From assembly GCA_963666285.1 (NCBI GenBank), contig OY762711.1: DNA of 64,000 bases. One strand, given 5' to 3'. A model generated the notes under the pieces. It was not told where the DNA came from, did no database searches, and saw only the letters and a list, made by a program, of their open reading frames with translations. The DNA is from Sedimentisphaerales bacterium (GTDB lineage Bacteria > Planctomycetota > Phycisphaerae > Sedimentisphaerales > SM23-30). Shown piece by piece: positions 49,324 to 59,783 of the stretch (positions within the stretch are counted from its first letter, which is position 1; every line of letters starts with the position of its first letter). The position numbers and the translations under genes were made by a program.

Positions 49324-51075
49324 TTATTCGCCAACCTTCAACTCATCCCATAACATGGCAACCGTCTCCAGCACTTTCTCGATAGCTTTATCAACCGGAA
49401 CCGCAACCCTGTCAGCTTCACGACGCAGCTTTATCTCGACCTCACCGTTTTCCAGGGTCTTCTTTCCAACCGTCACCCGCACTGGAATACCAATCAGATC
49501 GGCATCCTTAAACTTAACCCCTGCTCGCTGATTTCGGTCATCATAAGCTACATCAATATTATTATCCAGCAGTTCAAGATATATCTTCTCGGCTGCCGCT
49601 GCGACTTCTTCATCATTTGGATTTGCTGTCGTCACTAGTACTTCAAATGGAGCGATACTAATCGGCCAGATAACTCCATTATCATCATGGTTCAGCTCGA
49701 TTGCTGACGCCATTATACGATTAATGCCAATACCATAACAGCCCATCAGGCAAGTCTTACGTTTGCCGGACTCATCCAAAAAGTCTGCTCCTAGTTTCTT
49801 ACTATACTTATCACCAAGTTTAAATACCTGGCCAACCTCAATACCACGCTTAAACAGCAGTTTCTTACCCTGGTATGTATCACCTTCAACGGCATTACGA
49901 ATATCAATTACTTCAATATTGTCTCCTTCCAGCGGAAAATCCCTGCCAGGTACGACATTGCCAATATGATAATCTGTTTTATTCGCTCCGTTATAACCTA
50001 TCGCCATTGCAGCAATAGCATGATCGATAAACACACGCGATACTTTATTACAAATACCTACCGGACCGGCATATCCAATGTCGGCACCTGTCAGCTCAAT
50101 TACATCTGCCTCATCCGCCAGATCAGGTGCTACTCCGCCCAGAGCCTGGGTCAGTTTCTCGATATTCAGTTCATGGTCACCACGCAATACACATATACAC
50201 AGCTCATTCTTTTCGCCATACGAATATACCAGGCACTTCATCATTTCATGCGGCTGGGTCTTCATATATGCACAGGCATCTTCTATCCGACCTGCCCCAG
50301 GTGTATGCATATCTACTATCGCTGGCGCATTCTCAATCGGTGGCTGTTTAGGCAGCGGATCAACCGGCGCCTTTTCGATATTTGCCGCATATTCATGATC
50401 CTCGGTATATACAATAACATCCTCACCATTTTCACATGGTACTGTAAACTGATGTGAGCCGCTTCCGCCCATCTCACCGGCTTCGGCTACTACCACCACA
50501 TAATCTACCCCGCAGCGTTCAAATACCCTGCAGTATGCATCATACATTGTGCGATAGCTCTTCTCCAGCATAACCTCATCGGCATCGAAACTATAAGCAT
50601 CTTTCATTGTAAATTCACGGCTGCGAAGCACACCAAATCGAGGACGAAACTCATCTCGATACTTTGTATTGATCTGATACAGGTTTACCGGCAGCTGCTT
50701 ATATGAACTGATCTCATTTGCTCCTACCACTGTCATTACTTCTTCAGCTGTTGGCGATAAAACATTCTCCCTGCCGTGACGATCGGTAAAATGACCTAGT
50801 GTCTCACCATAATCAAGATCACGACCGGTTGTCTGCCATAGCTCCATAGGCTGCACTATTGGTAATAGCACTTCCTGTGCCCCTGCCAGGTCCATCTCTT
50901 CCCGAACTATACCGATTATCTTATTCAAAACCCTGTTTCCAAGCGGCAGATAAGCATATGTACCACTGGCTACCTTACGAATCATACCGGCTCGAATCAT
51001 TAGCTGATGGGATGGTATTTCAGCATCATTTGGAACTTCTTTTACTGTACCAAGAGCAAATTTATCTAATCTCAT
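49324..51075 (-). CDS. proS: Proline--tRNA ligase (bacterial type, with editing domain)
   Basis: SHQLMIRAG, YKQLP..YQI.TKYRDE.RPRFG..R.REF.MKDAYSF, GIEVGQVFKLG, MGCYGIG, KFKDADLIG. Confidence 0.98.
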   Translation of the reverse strand: MRLDKFALGTVKEVPNDAEIPSHQLMIRAGMIRKVASGTYAYLPLGNRVLNKIIGIVREEMDLAGAQEVLLPIVQPMELWQTTGRDLDYGETLGHFTDRHGRENVLSPTAEEVMTVVGANEISSYKQLPVNLYQINTKYRDEFRPRFGVLRSREFTMKDAYSFDADEVMLEKSYRTMYDAYCRVFERCGVDYVVVVAEAGEMGGSGSHQFTVPCENGEDVIVYTEDHEYAANIEKAPVDPLPKQPPIENAPAIVDMHTPGAGRIEDACAYMKTQPHEMMKCLVYSYGEKNELCICVLRGDHELNIEKLTQALGGVAPDLADEADVIELTGADIGYAGPVGICNKVSRVFIDHAIAAMAIGYNGANKTDYHIGNVVPGRDFPLEGDNIEVIDIRNAVEGDTYQGKKLLFKRGIEVGQVFKLGDKYSKKLGADFLDESGKRKTCLMGCYGIGINRIMASAIELNHDDNGVIWPISIAPFEVLVTTANPNDEEVAAAAEKIYLELLDNNIDVAYDDRNQRAGVKFKDADLIGIPVRVTVGKKTLENGEVEIKLRREADRVAVPVDKAIEKVLETVAMLWDELKVGE

Positions 51076-51417
51076 TATTTATTCCTTTTATCGATTTACT
51101 GTAAATCATTACAGACAAAACACATACATAAACATACATTATTCTGTAAACTTAAAATGATATACGAAAAACACCATAAAATCAAGCCATATCCCAGTTG
51201 CGGCTATCCTGACGGCATAATCCAACTTTTCAATCTAACATATTCAGCCCGAAATATCTCAGATGTTTACAATATAAACAGAGTAAGCATTCGCAGGTGC
51301 GTTATTTGCGTCAGATTATCTGTTTGCGAAGCTTTAAAATAAGTCGCGATAAACGATACCTTAACTTATTTCTTTTTACTGTAACCGTGTGAACGGTTAC
51401 TAAACAGACTGTTTTTA

Positions 51418-53877
51418 TCACATTTCTCCATCTTTAACTGAAGAGATCACATATGATCCGGGTTGAAACTCTAATACTACTGAAGCTGCCATTTTTGTTT
51501 TTAATGATATCTTACTATTATTCCCAACGAATTTTCCTTTTTTCCAGATCAACTCTCCATTGACATAGATTACAGAACCACCAGCTTGCTCAATTGGAAC
51601 ATGTATTTCTGAACTGGTATTGGCTGGAATAACTGTTGTAATCTTTAGACCTGAATCAATATTTGATTTGATGATCTTCTCGATTTTTACAGTTATATCT
51701 CCTGCCGCTGTCGGTATTACACCTTCTGCCCATTTCAAGTCACATAAATCTGGCTTGATACTGAATTTTTCCCAGCCGGGCAATAGCGGCTCAACACCAA
51801 GTACTTTTTCCGGCAGCAAAGCAGTCGGACCGGCACACCAGGAATGGGAGGTACTGCCCCACTCAGAATTCCAACCCTCAAACCATGCACCGTTAAAGTC
51901 ATTGTGTCTGGTTTGCTCGCCCCAATAAGTCCGGATATAGTCCAGGACCCACTGACCCTGACCTTCGGTAAACATGCTGTTTAGCAGCCAGTACGAAAAC
52001 GACTGTTCACATGAGCGGCCTTTGCTTTTTACAAAATCAATTACTCCGACTTTTCTATCTCCGGGTACTAATCCGTATTTCAGGGCATATACCTGGGTCT
52101 GCTGAGTTAGCCGTGGACTCTCATAGCCATCTTTATATACTCCATCAACTCCGGAAAACAATTGTTTATTTACTGCTCTTCTTATGATTTCACCCTTCTG
52201 CTGCCACTTGTCAGCTTGAGCTTCATCACCCATTACATTTCTCGCCAACCATGACGCCGAGTTGAGAGCTCCATAATAAAGACAGTTCATTGCCGTATTT
52301 TCACCACCTACATCCATGGGAAAAGTATCTGGATGATCCAGAACTACCCAGCCGGGAACTCCTCCCAGCAAATCATGCTCTTGATTAATGCATGTTTCAA
52401 AATATGACATCAGTTTCTTAATATTGGGATAGGTATTTCGAACCAGGCTATCATCTGCATAATACAGATAATATTCGTGAATCATCATTATCCACTCCAG
52501 CTGATAGTCTGGTATATATGTTGAGGTTGCAGGGCCTAGCAGCCAATCGGTCGGGTAACGCGAGCGAATCGAACCATCTTCTTTCCAACGCTGAGAAAAG
52601 GCTCCGCTTAAAATATTATACTTGAACAAATACTCAACCTCTGGACCAAAGGCATAATTCCCATAACGCATATCATATCGACTGTCACCGGCGATATACT
52701 GGGTTTGCTCACGCCAAGGTGTATCCACCAATGTGTCGTGTGAGCATATCTGTAAAGTCCAACACCCGATTTCCCAGTATCGGTTTAGATCACTATCCGA
52801 ACATGAAAAGGAACCTTTATATTCTACCGGATACGAGCGAAACTCTGCATCAACACTTTCGATTCTAACCTGTTCTTTTTTCTCAATTGCCAGGTACCTG
52901 AAACTGCGCCATGTTATCGGCTTCCAGGTCTGTTTCCCTTTGGCCGTTATATATGTATCTGTATAATTCAGCTCCATGGTCATCTTTGGCATCTTTTCTG
53001 AATCTAATCTCTCAGCTGTGCCAATATCAAATTGAACTCCTTCAGCTTGAGAATCAACTAAAAATTCAGGGCTGGCAGAATACACTTTGCCAAAGTCATA
53101 AATTTGATACCCTTTACTTTCCCATGAAGCTATAGGCTTAATTATTTCTCTTCTGAGATATGGTCTCTTGACAACTACAATACCATTCCACGGGGCAACT
53201 GGTGGAATACCGGTTTCTGTGGCCGCTTCCCATTTTGAATCATCAAAACCTGTCGCTTGCCAACCCGTCAGGGCCTTGGTCGCATCATATTTTTCTCTGA
53301 AACCGATAAGATGATTTACATGCCTTTGCTCCGTTCTGCGATCCCAGGCCTCAGCACAACATACCCGCCAGCTTTTATCACTATTCAATTTAATAATATT
53401 GCCTTTGGTATCTTTTACCTGCCCCTGATAAAAAAAGCCGCCCCGTGCATTTATCCTGTGATGCATTCCAACACCATAATTATACACTAATGCCGCAATA
53501 CTGTTTTCACCCTCTGCAAAATAATCCGTCAGATCAAATTTGTCATATACTTGGTATTCAGGATCTGATTTTACCGGCACACGTTCAACATGCTTCCCGT
53601 TAATATATAACTCCGCAAAGCTGCTGGCTGAGATATATGCCCAGGCTTCAGCTGCCGGGCTATCAAGGGTAAAATCCTTTCGAACATAAAGATAATAATT
53701 TTGAGGATTTCTCTCGCCGGAATCCCATATCCAGTTTGCTTCTGGAACAGTCCCTTCAAACTGAGTAGAAACAGGAGAGATATAACCACTACCAATATCA
53801 TTCTTTTCAGCTGAACACTCTGCCAATACAGAAAATAATACTACAATAAATATATTTAATAATTGGATCCGCTTCAA
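51418..53877 (-). CDS. GH78-like alpha-L-rhamnosidase, secreted
   Basis: ANWIW, LYING, YDFG, FRY, DTPWREQ..GD, SHSW, AEGVIPT. Confidence 0.85.
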   Translation of the reverse strand: MKRIQLLNIFIVVLFSVLAECSAEKNDIGSGYISPVSTQFEGTVPEANWIWDSGERNPQNYYLYVRKDFTLDSPAAEAWAYISASSFAELYINGKHVERVPVKSDPEYQVYDKFDLTDYFAEGENSIAALVYNYGVGMHHRINARGGFFYQGQVKDTKGNIIKLNSDKSWRVCCAEAWDRRTEQRHVNHLIGFREKYDATKALTGWQATGFDDSKWEAATETGIPPVAPWNGIVVVKRPYLRREIIKPIASWESKGYQIYDFGKVYSASPEFLVDSQAEGVQFDIGTAERLDSEKMPKMTMELNYTDTYITAKGKQTWKPITWRSFRYLAIEKKEQVRIESVDAEFRSYPVEYKGSFSCSDSDLNRYWEIGCWTLQICSHDTLVDTPWREQTQYIAGDSRYDMRYGNYAFGPEVEYLFKYNILSGAFSQRWKEDGSIRSRYPTDWLLGPATSTYIPDYQLEWIMMIHEYYLYYADDSLVRNTYPNIKKLMSYFETCINQEHDLLGGVPGWVVLDHPDTFPMDVGGENTAMNCLYYGALNSASWLARNVMGDEAQADKWQQKGEIIRRAVNKQLFSGVDGVYKDGYESPRLTQQTQVYALKYGLVPGDRKVGVIDFVKSKGRSCEQSFSYWLLNSMFTEGQGQWVLDYIRTYWGEQTRHNDFNGAWFEGWNSEWGSTSHSWCAGPTALLPEKVLGVEPLLPGWEKFSIKPDLCDLKWAEGVIPTAAGDITVKIEKIIKSNIDSGLKITTVIPANTSSEIHVPIEQAGGSVIYVNGELIWKKGKFVGNNSKISLKTKMAASVVLEFQPGSYVISSVKDGEM

Positions 53878-54165
53878 AACAATACTCCTTTTTACATATT
53901 TGAATCGTATTTATTAATGAACGTTTCATAAACAAAATAAGTCACAAGCATCTATAATAAAATATATAAATGCCTGCCAAAACTTCTTCATAAATGAATA
54001 TACTGTTACTGATTAATAAAATATAGAACAGAAATGATAAGCGAAAAAAAGACCTGAGTCAAGTGCAACCTGATTTACCCATAAAAACTAAAAGCTAAAA
54101 CTGGAACTTACTGCATATACGGAATTGTATTTCTTTAGTTCTTAAATTTAACGCCCGGAATTCAA

Positions 54166-55650
54166 TCATACAGTCCACTGCTGTTTAAGATATGCCATCT
54201 TATCGAATGCCGGTTTTGCAACCATATCAGCGGTTGCCAGCCCGCCGGCCAGCATAATACCGTCTTTTCGATCTGCCAGATCCTGCCAGCTAACGGTATC
54301 TACAAACGGCTTACTGAAAGCTATCTTATAGAAATTCTCCAGCCATTGAGCCTGTATATCAACATTCCAGTTTTCACGCCAGAAACCACTGTTACCCATG
54401 GCTTCCGAGTTATCCCTCGGATCCGGCATACTCGGCACCTGAACTCCGGTTATATGCAATGGTTTTCCATATACACCCAGTTTATCCAGCATGGTGGATA
54501 TCTCAAGAAAATCTCTGCACTGCATACCGCCGCCGCCTCTGCCAAAAGACATACGAACTGATATTCCGTCAAATGCCATACTGCCTTGACAGATCATATC
54601 CATGTATACATGCGGAGGGATAGTTCTCGGGTTCCGGCTATAATAATCTCCCCACGGCTCTGTAACTTCTACCAGCACAAGTCCGCGAGTCGATGCTTTC
54701 TTAGCTGCCATAGATACTGTCCTGGTCATATCCAGCAGCTGTTCAAAACTGAAATTGAATGAATTTACCGCATTCAAACCGCTGCATACTTCCCAGGCCT
54801 GGACCTTACCGGCATAACGTTCTACGACTGAACCAACAAAGTCATAGGCCATATCACGGACCTGTTCAAAATCACTCTCCCAGATATACAGCCAGTCTGG
54901 TATCGCTGTCGGAGAAAATCGCACTAGAGGCCCGATTTTTATCACAATTTTATTATCGCTTAGCCATTTCACCCAGCGATCTAGCTCGTCAAAATTACGC
55001 TCCTGCTCTTTGGGCTCTATCTGACGCCAGGTTACAGGAATAGTTGCAAAATGAAAGTTATCCTTGATATATTCCAGGTATTTCTTATTGCTTATCTGGC
55101 TCATATCAATGCAGCAGCCAAAACAATGCTTACCAAAACGCTGAGTCTCAAAACGTTTCTCAAGGAACAAATCCGCATGACTCAATGCCATGGACTCGCC
55201 TACCTGAACCGCATAACTCAATGCAGAATCAGCAAGCTCGGAAGCTCGCTCCGGCTGTTCTAAATAACATAATGAATCTATAAAATTATCCAGCGCGTGG
55301 TCTAATAGATTATGCTGATCTTCTGTCAAACCAAGATTGCACATCTGCCATTCTTCACGCTTCTGGTTCAATCTCAGTAATTTACCACGTGCCAGCTCAA
55401 CACTCAGATTATATGGCTTATTCCGCTCTGGCAGACGGGTAGTCTGCATCATCAACTTACCGGAATTCTTTACATCCCACAGAGTACTCATTCCAACTGT
55501 TATTTCTGTATTATGCCTCAGACCTACCAGCTCTCCAGGCTGAAATTTTATCTGAGCGCGAATTGGAACCTCATCCTGAGCAAACAGGAGGGTTGAATGC
55601 ATATCTATCTCAGACGCCGGCTTACCTTTTTGAAAAATATTATATATCAT
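54166..55650 (-). CDS. GH10-fold protein lacking both catalytic glutamates
   Basis: TWRQIEP, VVERY, WEVCSG (for WDVVNE), PLHITG (for ITE). Start uncertain (55650 or 55683). Confidence 0.75.
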   Translation of the reverse strand: MIYNIFQKGKPASEIDMHSTLLFAQDEVPIRAQIKFQPGELVGLRHNTEITVGMSTLWDVKNSGKLMMQTTRLPERNKPYNLSVELARGKLLRLNQKREEWQMCNLGLTEDQHNLLDHALDNFIDSLCYLEQPERASELADSALSYAVQVGESMALSHADLFLEKRFETQRFGKHCFGCCIDMSQISNKKYLEYIKDNFHFATIPVTWRQIEPKEQERNFDELDRWVKWLSDNKIVIKIGPLVRFSPTAIPDWLYIWESDFEQVRDMAYDFVGSVVERYAGKVQAWEVCSGLNAVNSFNFSFEQLLDMTRTVSMAAKKASTRGLVLVEVTEPWGDYYSRNPRTIPPHVYMDMICQGSMAFDGISVRMSFGRGGGGMQCRDFLEISTMLDKLGVYGKPLHITGVQVPSMPDPRDNSEAMGNSGFWRENWNVDIQAQWLENFYKIAFSKPFVDTVSWQDLADRKDGIMLAGGLATADMVAKPAFDKMAYLKQQWTV

Positions 55651-55829
55651 ACTCTCTCGGTGGGATATTTTTCTTTGACCCATATCTCATTGCAGGTCAT
55701 ATATATACATCTTTTTTGCAGGGAAAGATTATAGCAGAAAAGCTGCGGCTGATAAAGATTAATCCCTATAAAAGCGCCGGCTTGGCAGGATTATGCCATA
55801 AAACTTTTGTAATTAAGATGTTAAAACAC

Positions 55830-56909
55830 CTATTTCTTTACTGGATTAACATTTACGACCACTTCTTCCAGCAATTTACCGGCATTTTCATTGTCGTCAT
55901 GTGCAAGAGATAATCCACTTACTGCCGATACAAGGCTCGTCGTGTCAGCATCTGCTGGAATCACTCGACCACGACCTGAGAAATCCCTGTCTGAATATTC
56001 ACTTTCGGGCCTGCCATCTACCAAAACTATCCGGCGACCGGAAGCCCAGGCATATTCAGCTGCCCATAACTCATCTGACAGCACCACTTCACTTGATGCC
56101 AGGGTTTTAACCAGATGACCGGGCACATTTACATAATTGCCATTAATTGAAAAATGACATTCCCGGTCTTTATCATCTGCTACTGCCAGCATAATTGGGG
56201 TAAAACCATTACTGGACAGCCGTTCAGATACCTCAACTGCCTTTGCACTTAAGGCTCCGGCATTATCCAAACCGGTTACAATTGCTATCTGACCGGGATT
56301 TCCTCGCCTTATTCCGGTATTTTCGATTACCGGCAATTGTCGCAGGTACTCCGCCTGGCAGATATCAAACATCTCACGGATTTTCTGCTGTCGATTCGTA
56401 TACCGACCACTCTGGTCTTTCTTTTTCAGCTTTGGAAACAGCATTTGCTGCCAGATGGCTTCCGCTGCACTATCTATCGGGCTGCTGGTACCATCTTTCA
56501 ATTCAAATCCATAACTTCTGCCGGCCTTTATTGCTCCCATTAGGGCTGCTCCTGTGCGGTCAAGCCCAAAATTATATGCCTGGTCAAACTTTTCATTATT
56601 CAGACGCATAATACTGCATTCTGATAATGTCATTACCTCATCAACATAATTTGGCAGCAACTCAGGCCAGTGAGTTACACAAGTGATCCTGCTGTTAGGA
56701 TCGTTCCCCTTCATGTGGTTTAAAACCACACTGCTCCGGATAACATCGGTTCGAGAAGATAGCAGGATAAACAGCATCTTATTGCTATAGGGTGTATATG
56801 CGGCACAACGGCAAACAGCTCCGTCTCGTTTATGAAATTCACATGGGCCGTCCCCGCGATAATTCACGCATTCTTTGGCTACTATTTCTGTAAATTCATT
56901 TCTCTGCAT
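55830..56909 (-). CDS. Divergent GT9 (heptosyltransferase-like) protein with N-terminal Cys/His cluster
   Basis: CVNYRGDGPCEFHK..CRC leader; SSRTDVIRS at the GT9 ..GD.. position; FD.AYNF.LD. Confidence 0.6.
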   Translation of the reverse strand: MQRNEFTEIVAKECVNYRGDGPCEFHKRDGAVCRCAAYTPYSNKMLFILLSSRTDVIRSSVVLNHMKGNDPNSRITCVTHWPELLPNYVDEVMTLSECSIMRLNNEKFDQAYNFGLDRTGAALMGAIKAGRSYGFELKDGTSSPIDSAAEAIWQQMLFPKLKKKDQSGRYTNRQQKIREMFDICQAEYLRQLPVIENTGIRRGNPGQIAIVTGLDNAGALSAKAVEVSERLSSNGFTPIMLAVADDKDRECHFSINGNYVNVPGHLVKTLASSEVVLSDELWAAEYAWASGRRIVLVDGRPESEYSDRDFSGRGRVIPADADTTSLVSAVSGLSLAHDDNENAGKLLEEVVVNVNPVKK

Positions 56910-57182
56910 AACTTACGCCTTTAACAACTACTTAATTGCGGCTAGATATTTTTACAATCAGAGTATTTTCTGTTATCTAACAACTCTTCTCAAAAAGTTT
57001 CTCTGCGGATTCCACTCCGCAAAAATATCTTCGACCGAAAAACTGGCCCAGTTTATTAGAAAAATCTGGAAAAATCGGAAATCTGTTAATAAATAGCATT
57101 ATCGTTATAATTTAACACCAAAAGCGTAATATTTGCCCCTAACACGCTTACATCAAGCTAAAACGATGTATATGGTGATATG

Positions 57183-57217
57183 AAAAATGCCATTTAGTAG
57201 ATTACTAAACGGCATTT
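57183..57217 (-). terminator. Intrinsic terminator after the beta-CASP gene
   Basis: AAATGCC.TTTAGTA..TACTAAA.GGCATTT. Confidence 0.65.
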
Positions 57218-57327
57218 AATCGATTTCTCAGACATATTCAACCGGCAGGTTAAATTAATCCCCTACGCCTCTAAATATGATGGCATTGGATAATAATATC
57301 CTTTTTCATTATTCACCCGAAGTTAAG

Positions 57328-58734
57328 TTATGACAATTCTCTTATTTCTTCGTATTCAGGCACTGAAACATCCCAGCCCAGCTCATTTGTTATATAATCA
57401 GCAAAGCTGTGAGCTACATTCTCTTCGCCATGAACTACAAATAAATGGCGTGGTGCTTGCTTCAGATTTTTCAACCATCTGGTCAGCTCATCTCTGCCTG
57501 CATGGGCACTAAAACCGTTTATCTTTGCAACCTGGGCCTCAACCGGGTAATTCTCACCCAGAATTCGCACTTCTTTCTCGCCTTCAAGAATTATTCTTCC
57601 CAGGGTACCCACCGCCTGATAACCAACAAACAAAATAGTATTCTCTGGCTGGCTTATATTATGTGCCAGGTGATGTTTGATACGGCCGCCCGTACACATA
57701 CCCGAACCGGCAATTATTATTGTCGTACCCCGAACCTCGTTGATTGCCTTAGACTGGTTGGCTGTGCGAACCAATGACAAGCCGTCAAGATCAAATGGCG
57801 ATGTTCCATCTTGCAGATGACCCACCATTTCTTCATCAAACAGGTAAGGGTGCTTCTTAAATACATCTGTTACCTTCACCGCCATCGGACTGTCAAGGTA
57901 TATCATCATCTGCGGCAAGCAACCCTCATCAATCAGCTCATTCAGGTAATATAGTAGCTCCTGGGATCGCTCAATAGCGAAGCTCGGTATTATTATATTA
58001 CCGCCCCTTTTGCGAGTATCATTAATTACATCACATAGCTGCTTCTTAACATCAACCACAGGCGAATGATCCCTATCACCATAGGTTGACTCACACAATA
58101 CATAATCCGCCTGATCGATCGGTTCGGGATTCTGCAATATCGGAACATCCCATCGACCTAAATCTCCGGAAAACAATACCGTCCTGGATTCACTGCCCTG
58201 CGTTATTTTTACCCTTATTGCTGATGAACCCAGAATATGACCTGAATCAAAAAAAGTTATATCGAGACCTTCTCCTATATTTAATGGCTTATGATAATCT
58301 GCCCTGTACAACATCTCAGCACAGCCCTCGGCATCCTCTATCTCATACAGCGGTACCAGCGGATGCGGACTCTTGCGATTCTGTCTGGCATGACGTTTCT
58401 TCTTAAACTTGATATCTTCTTCCTGGATACGTGCCGAATCCAGCATTACTATACTTGCAATATCTGCCGTTGCAGAGGTGCAGTAAACCGGACCACGAAA
58501 ACCTTCCTTATACAGCTTCGGAAGTAATCCGCAATGATCTAGATGGGCATGGGTCAACAGCACCGCATCGATCTCACTTGCCGCTATCGGCAGCGGATCC
58601 CAGTTACGATGCTTAAACTGACGCTCCTGGTATAAACCACAGTCTATAAGAAGATTCTTTCCATTTGCCTTTAATAAATAACGCGAACCGGTAACATTCT
58701 GCGCCGCGCCCAGAAACTGTAGCTTTATATCCAT
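57328..58734 (-). CDS. MBL-fold beta-CASP ribonuclease (Ysh1/CPSF73-like)
   Basis: GAAQNVTGS, DCG, THAHLDHCG, GHILGS, SGDLG, ESTYG, GMCTGGRI.HH, FSAHA, VHGE. Confidence 0.95.
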   Translation of the reverse strand: MDIKLQFLGAAQNVTGSRYLLKANGKNLLIDCGLYQERQFKHRNWDPLPIAASEIDAVLLTHAHLDHCGLLPKLYKEGFRGPVYCTSATADIASIVMLDSARIQEEDIKFKKKRHARQNRKSPHPLVPLYEIEDAEGCAEMLYRADYHKPLNIGEGLDITFFDSGHILGSSAIRVKITQGSESRTVLFSGDLGRWDVPILQNPEPIDQADYVLCESTYGDRDHSPVVDVKKQLCDVINDTRKRGGNIIIPSFAIERSQELLYYLNELIDEGCLPQMMIYLDSPMAVKVTDVFKKHPYLFDEEMVGHLQDGTSPFDLDGLSLVRTANQSKAINEVRGTTIIIAGSGMCTGGRIKHHLAHNISQPENTILFVGYQAVGTLGRIILEGEKEVRILGENYPVEAQVAKINGFSAHAGRDELTRWLKNLKQAPRHLFVVHGEENVAHSFADYITNELGWDVSVPEYEEIRELS

Positions 58735-59145
58735 TTAATTTCTCCAATTTTTCTAAATAATTCAATGATCGTCATGGTAACATCTTAAATTTGCTTTTGA
58801 AGCTATAATAAAAAACTATAGCGGCCACCTTAATCATTAAAATACAGTGGTTTACGTATTGCCAAATAAACATTCATAAGTACAATTTTAGCTTTAATCG
58901 ACATTGAAAACAAGTCAAAACACGCTCATTTAGATAACTATACCTTCTTTATTTCTCTATACAAATAACTATCCTCTAATTCGGCAAAATCAAAATTATA
59001 AAATATTTTCATTAATTACTTGTAATATCATCCTGCCTGACTCTATCATATTGCGCCTGCCGGATAGATTTGGATAGTTACAGGCACATGCACAATACAT
59101 TTGCCGAAATAAGATACATCAAAAAAGTGTTATTTTGATATATAT

Positions 59146-59223
59146 AAGTTTACTTTCGCTGTTTTTAAGTTGCAATAACGAAGTGCCTCTGGTAAATCGC
59201 CTAAAAGGGCCTTCCTGCAACAC
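59146..59223 (-). repeat. Dispersed structured repeat, family C
   Basis: Inverted copy of 8213-8278 with an internal insertion of about 16 nt. Confidence 0.75.
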
Positions 59224-59255
59224 ATTAAATTTAATAGCTTTGCATAGGCATCCGT

Positions 59256-59783
59256 ATGAAATATGAAATTAGTGATATTGAATCTAAACTGGAAATAAGG
59301 GAAGCTGCTATTGACGATCTTGCCGCTATCTTCCATCTGGGTGAAAAGATATTTACTTCCCAGGAAGCGGCTAACCTTTACAGAACCTGGGATGAGTATG
59401 CTGTTACCAGCCTGTTCAACTCTGAACCGGAGTTCATGCTGATCGCTGAGGTCAATAATAAGGTAATTGGTTTTGCTCTTGGCACTCTAATCGAAAAAAA
59501 CCGTTCCGCGTGGACCTACGGACACCTTCTTTGGCTCGCTGTTGAGCCTGAGTTTTCCAGGATGGGGGTCGCTAGCGAACTTTTCAGTAAATTTCGCAAA
59601 ACAATTACAAACGCCGGTGCCAGGATGCTCATGGTTGACACCCAGGCTGACAACAAAAAAGCTATTTCATTTTTCCAGAATAAAGGGTTTGTTAATCCCA
59701 TTGACCATATATATATGACTTTAAACCTCGAAGGCAAGAGCGGCACAAAAAATGGCAAAAACATCAACCGGCATAAAAAGTGA
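59256..59783 (+). CDS. GNAT family N-acetyltransferase
   Basis: IREAAIDDL, VIGFALG, LAVEPEFSRMGVASEL, N.KAISFF..KGF. Confidence 0.9.
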   Translation: MKYEISDIESKLEIREAAIDDLAAIFHLGEKIFTSQEAANLYRTWDEYAVTSLFNSEPEFMLIAEVNNKVIGFALGTLIEKNRSAWTYGHLLWLAVEPEFSRMGVASELFSKFRKTITNAGARMLMVDTQADNKKAISFFQNKGFVNPIDHIYMTLNLEGKSGTKNGKNINRHKK

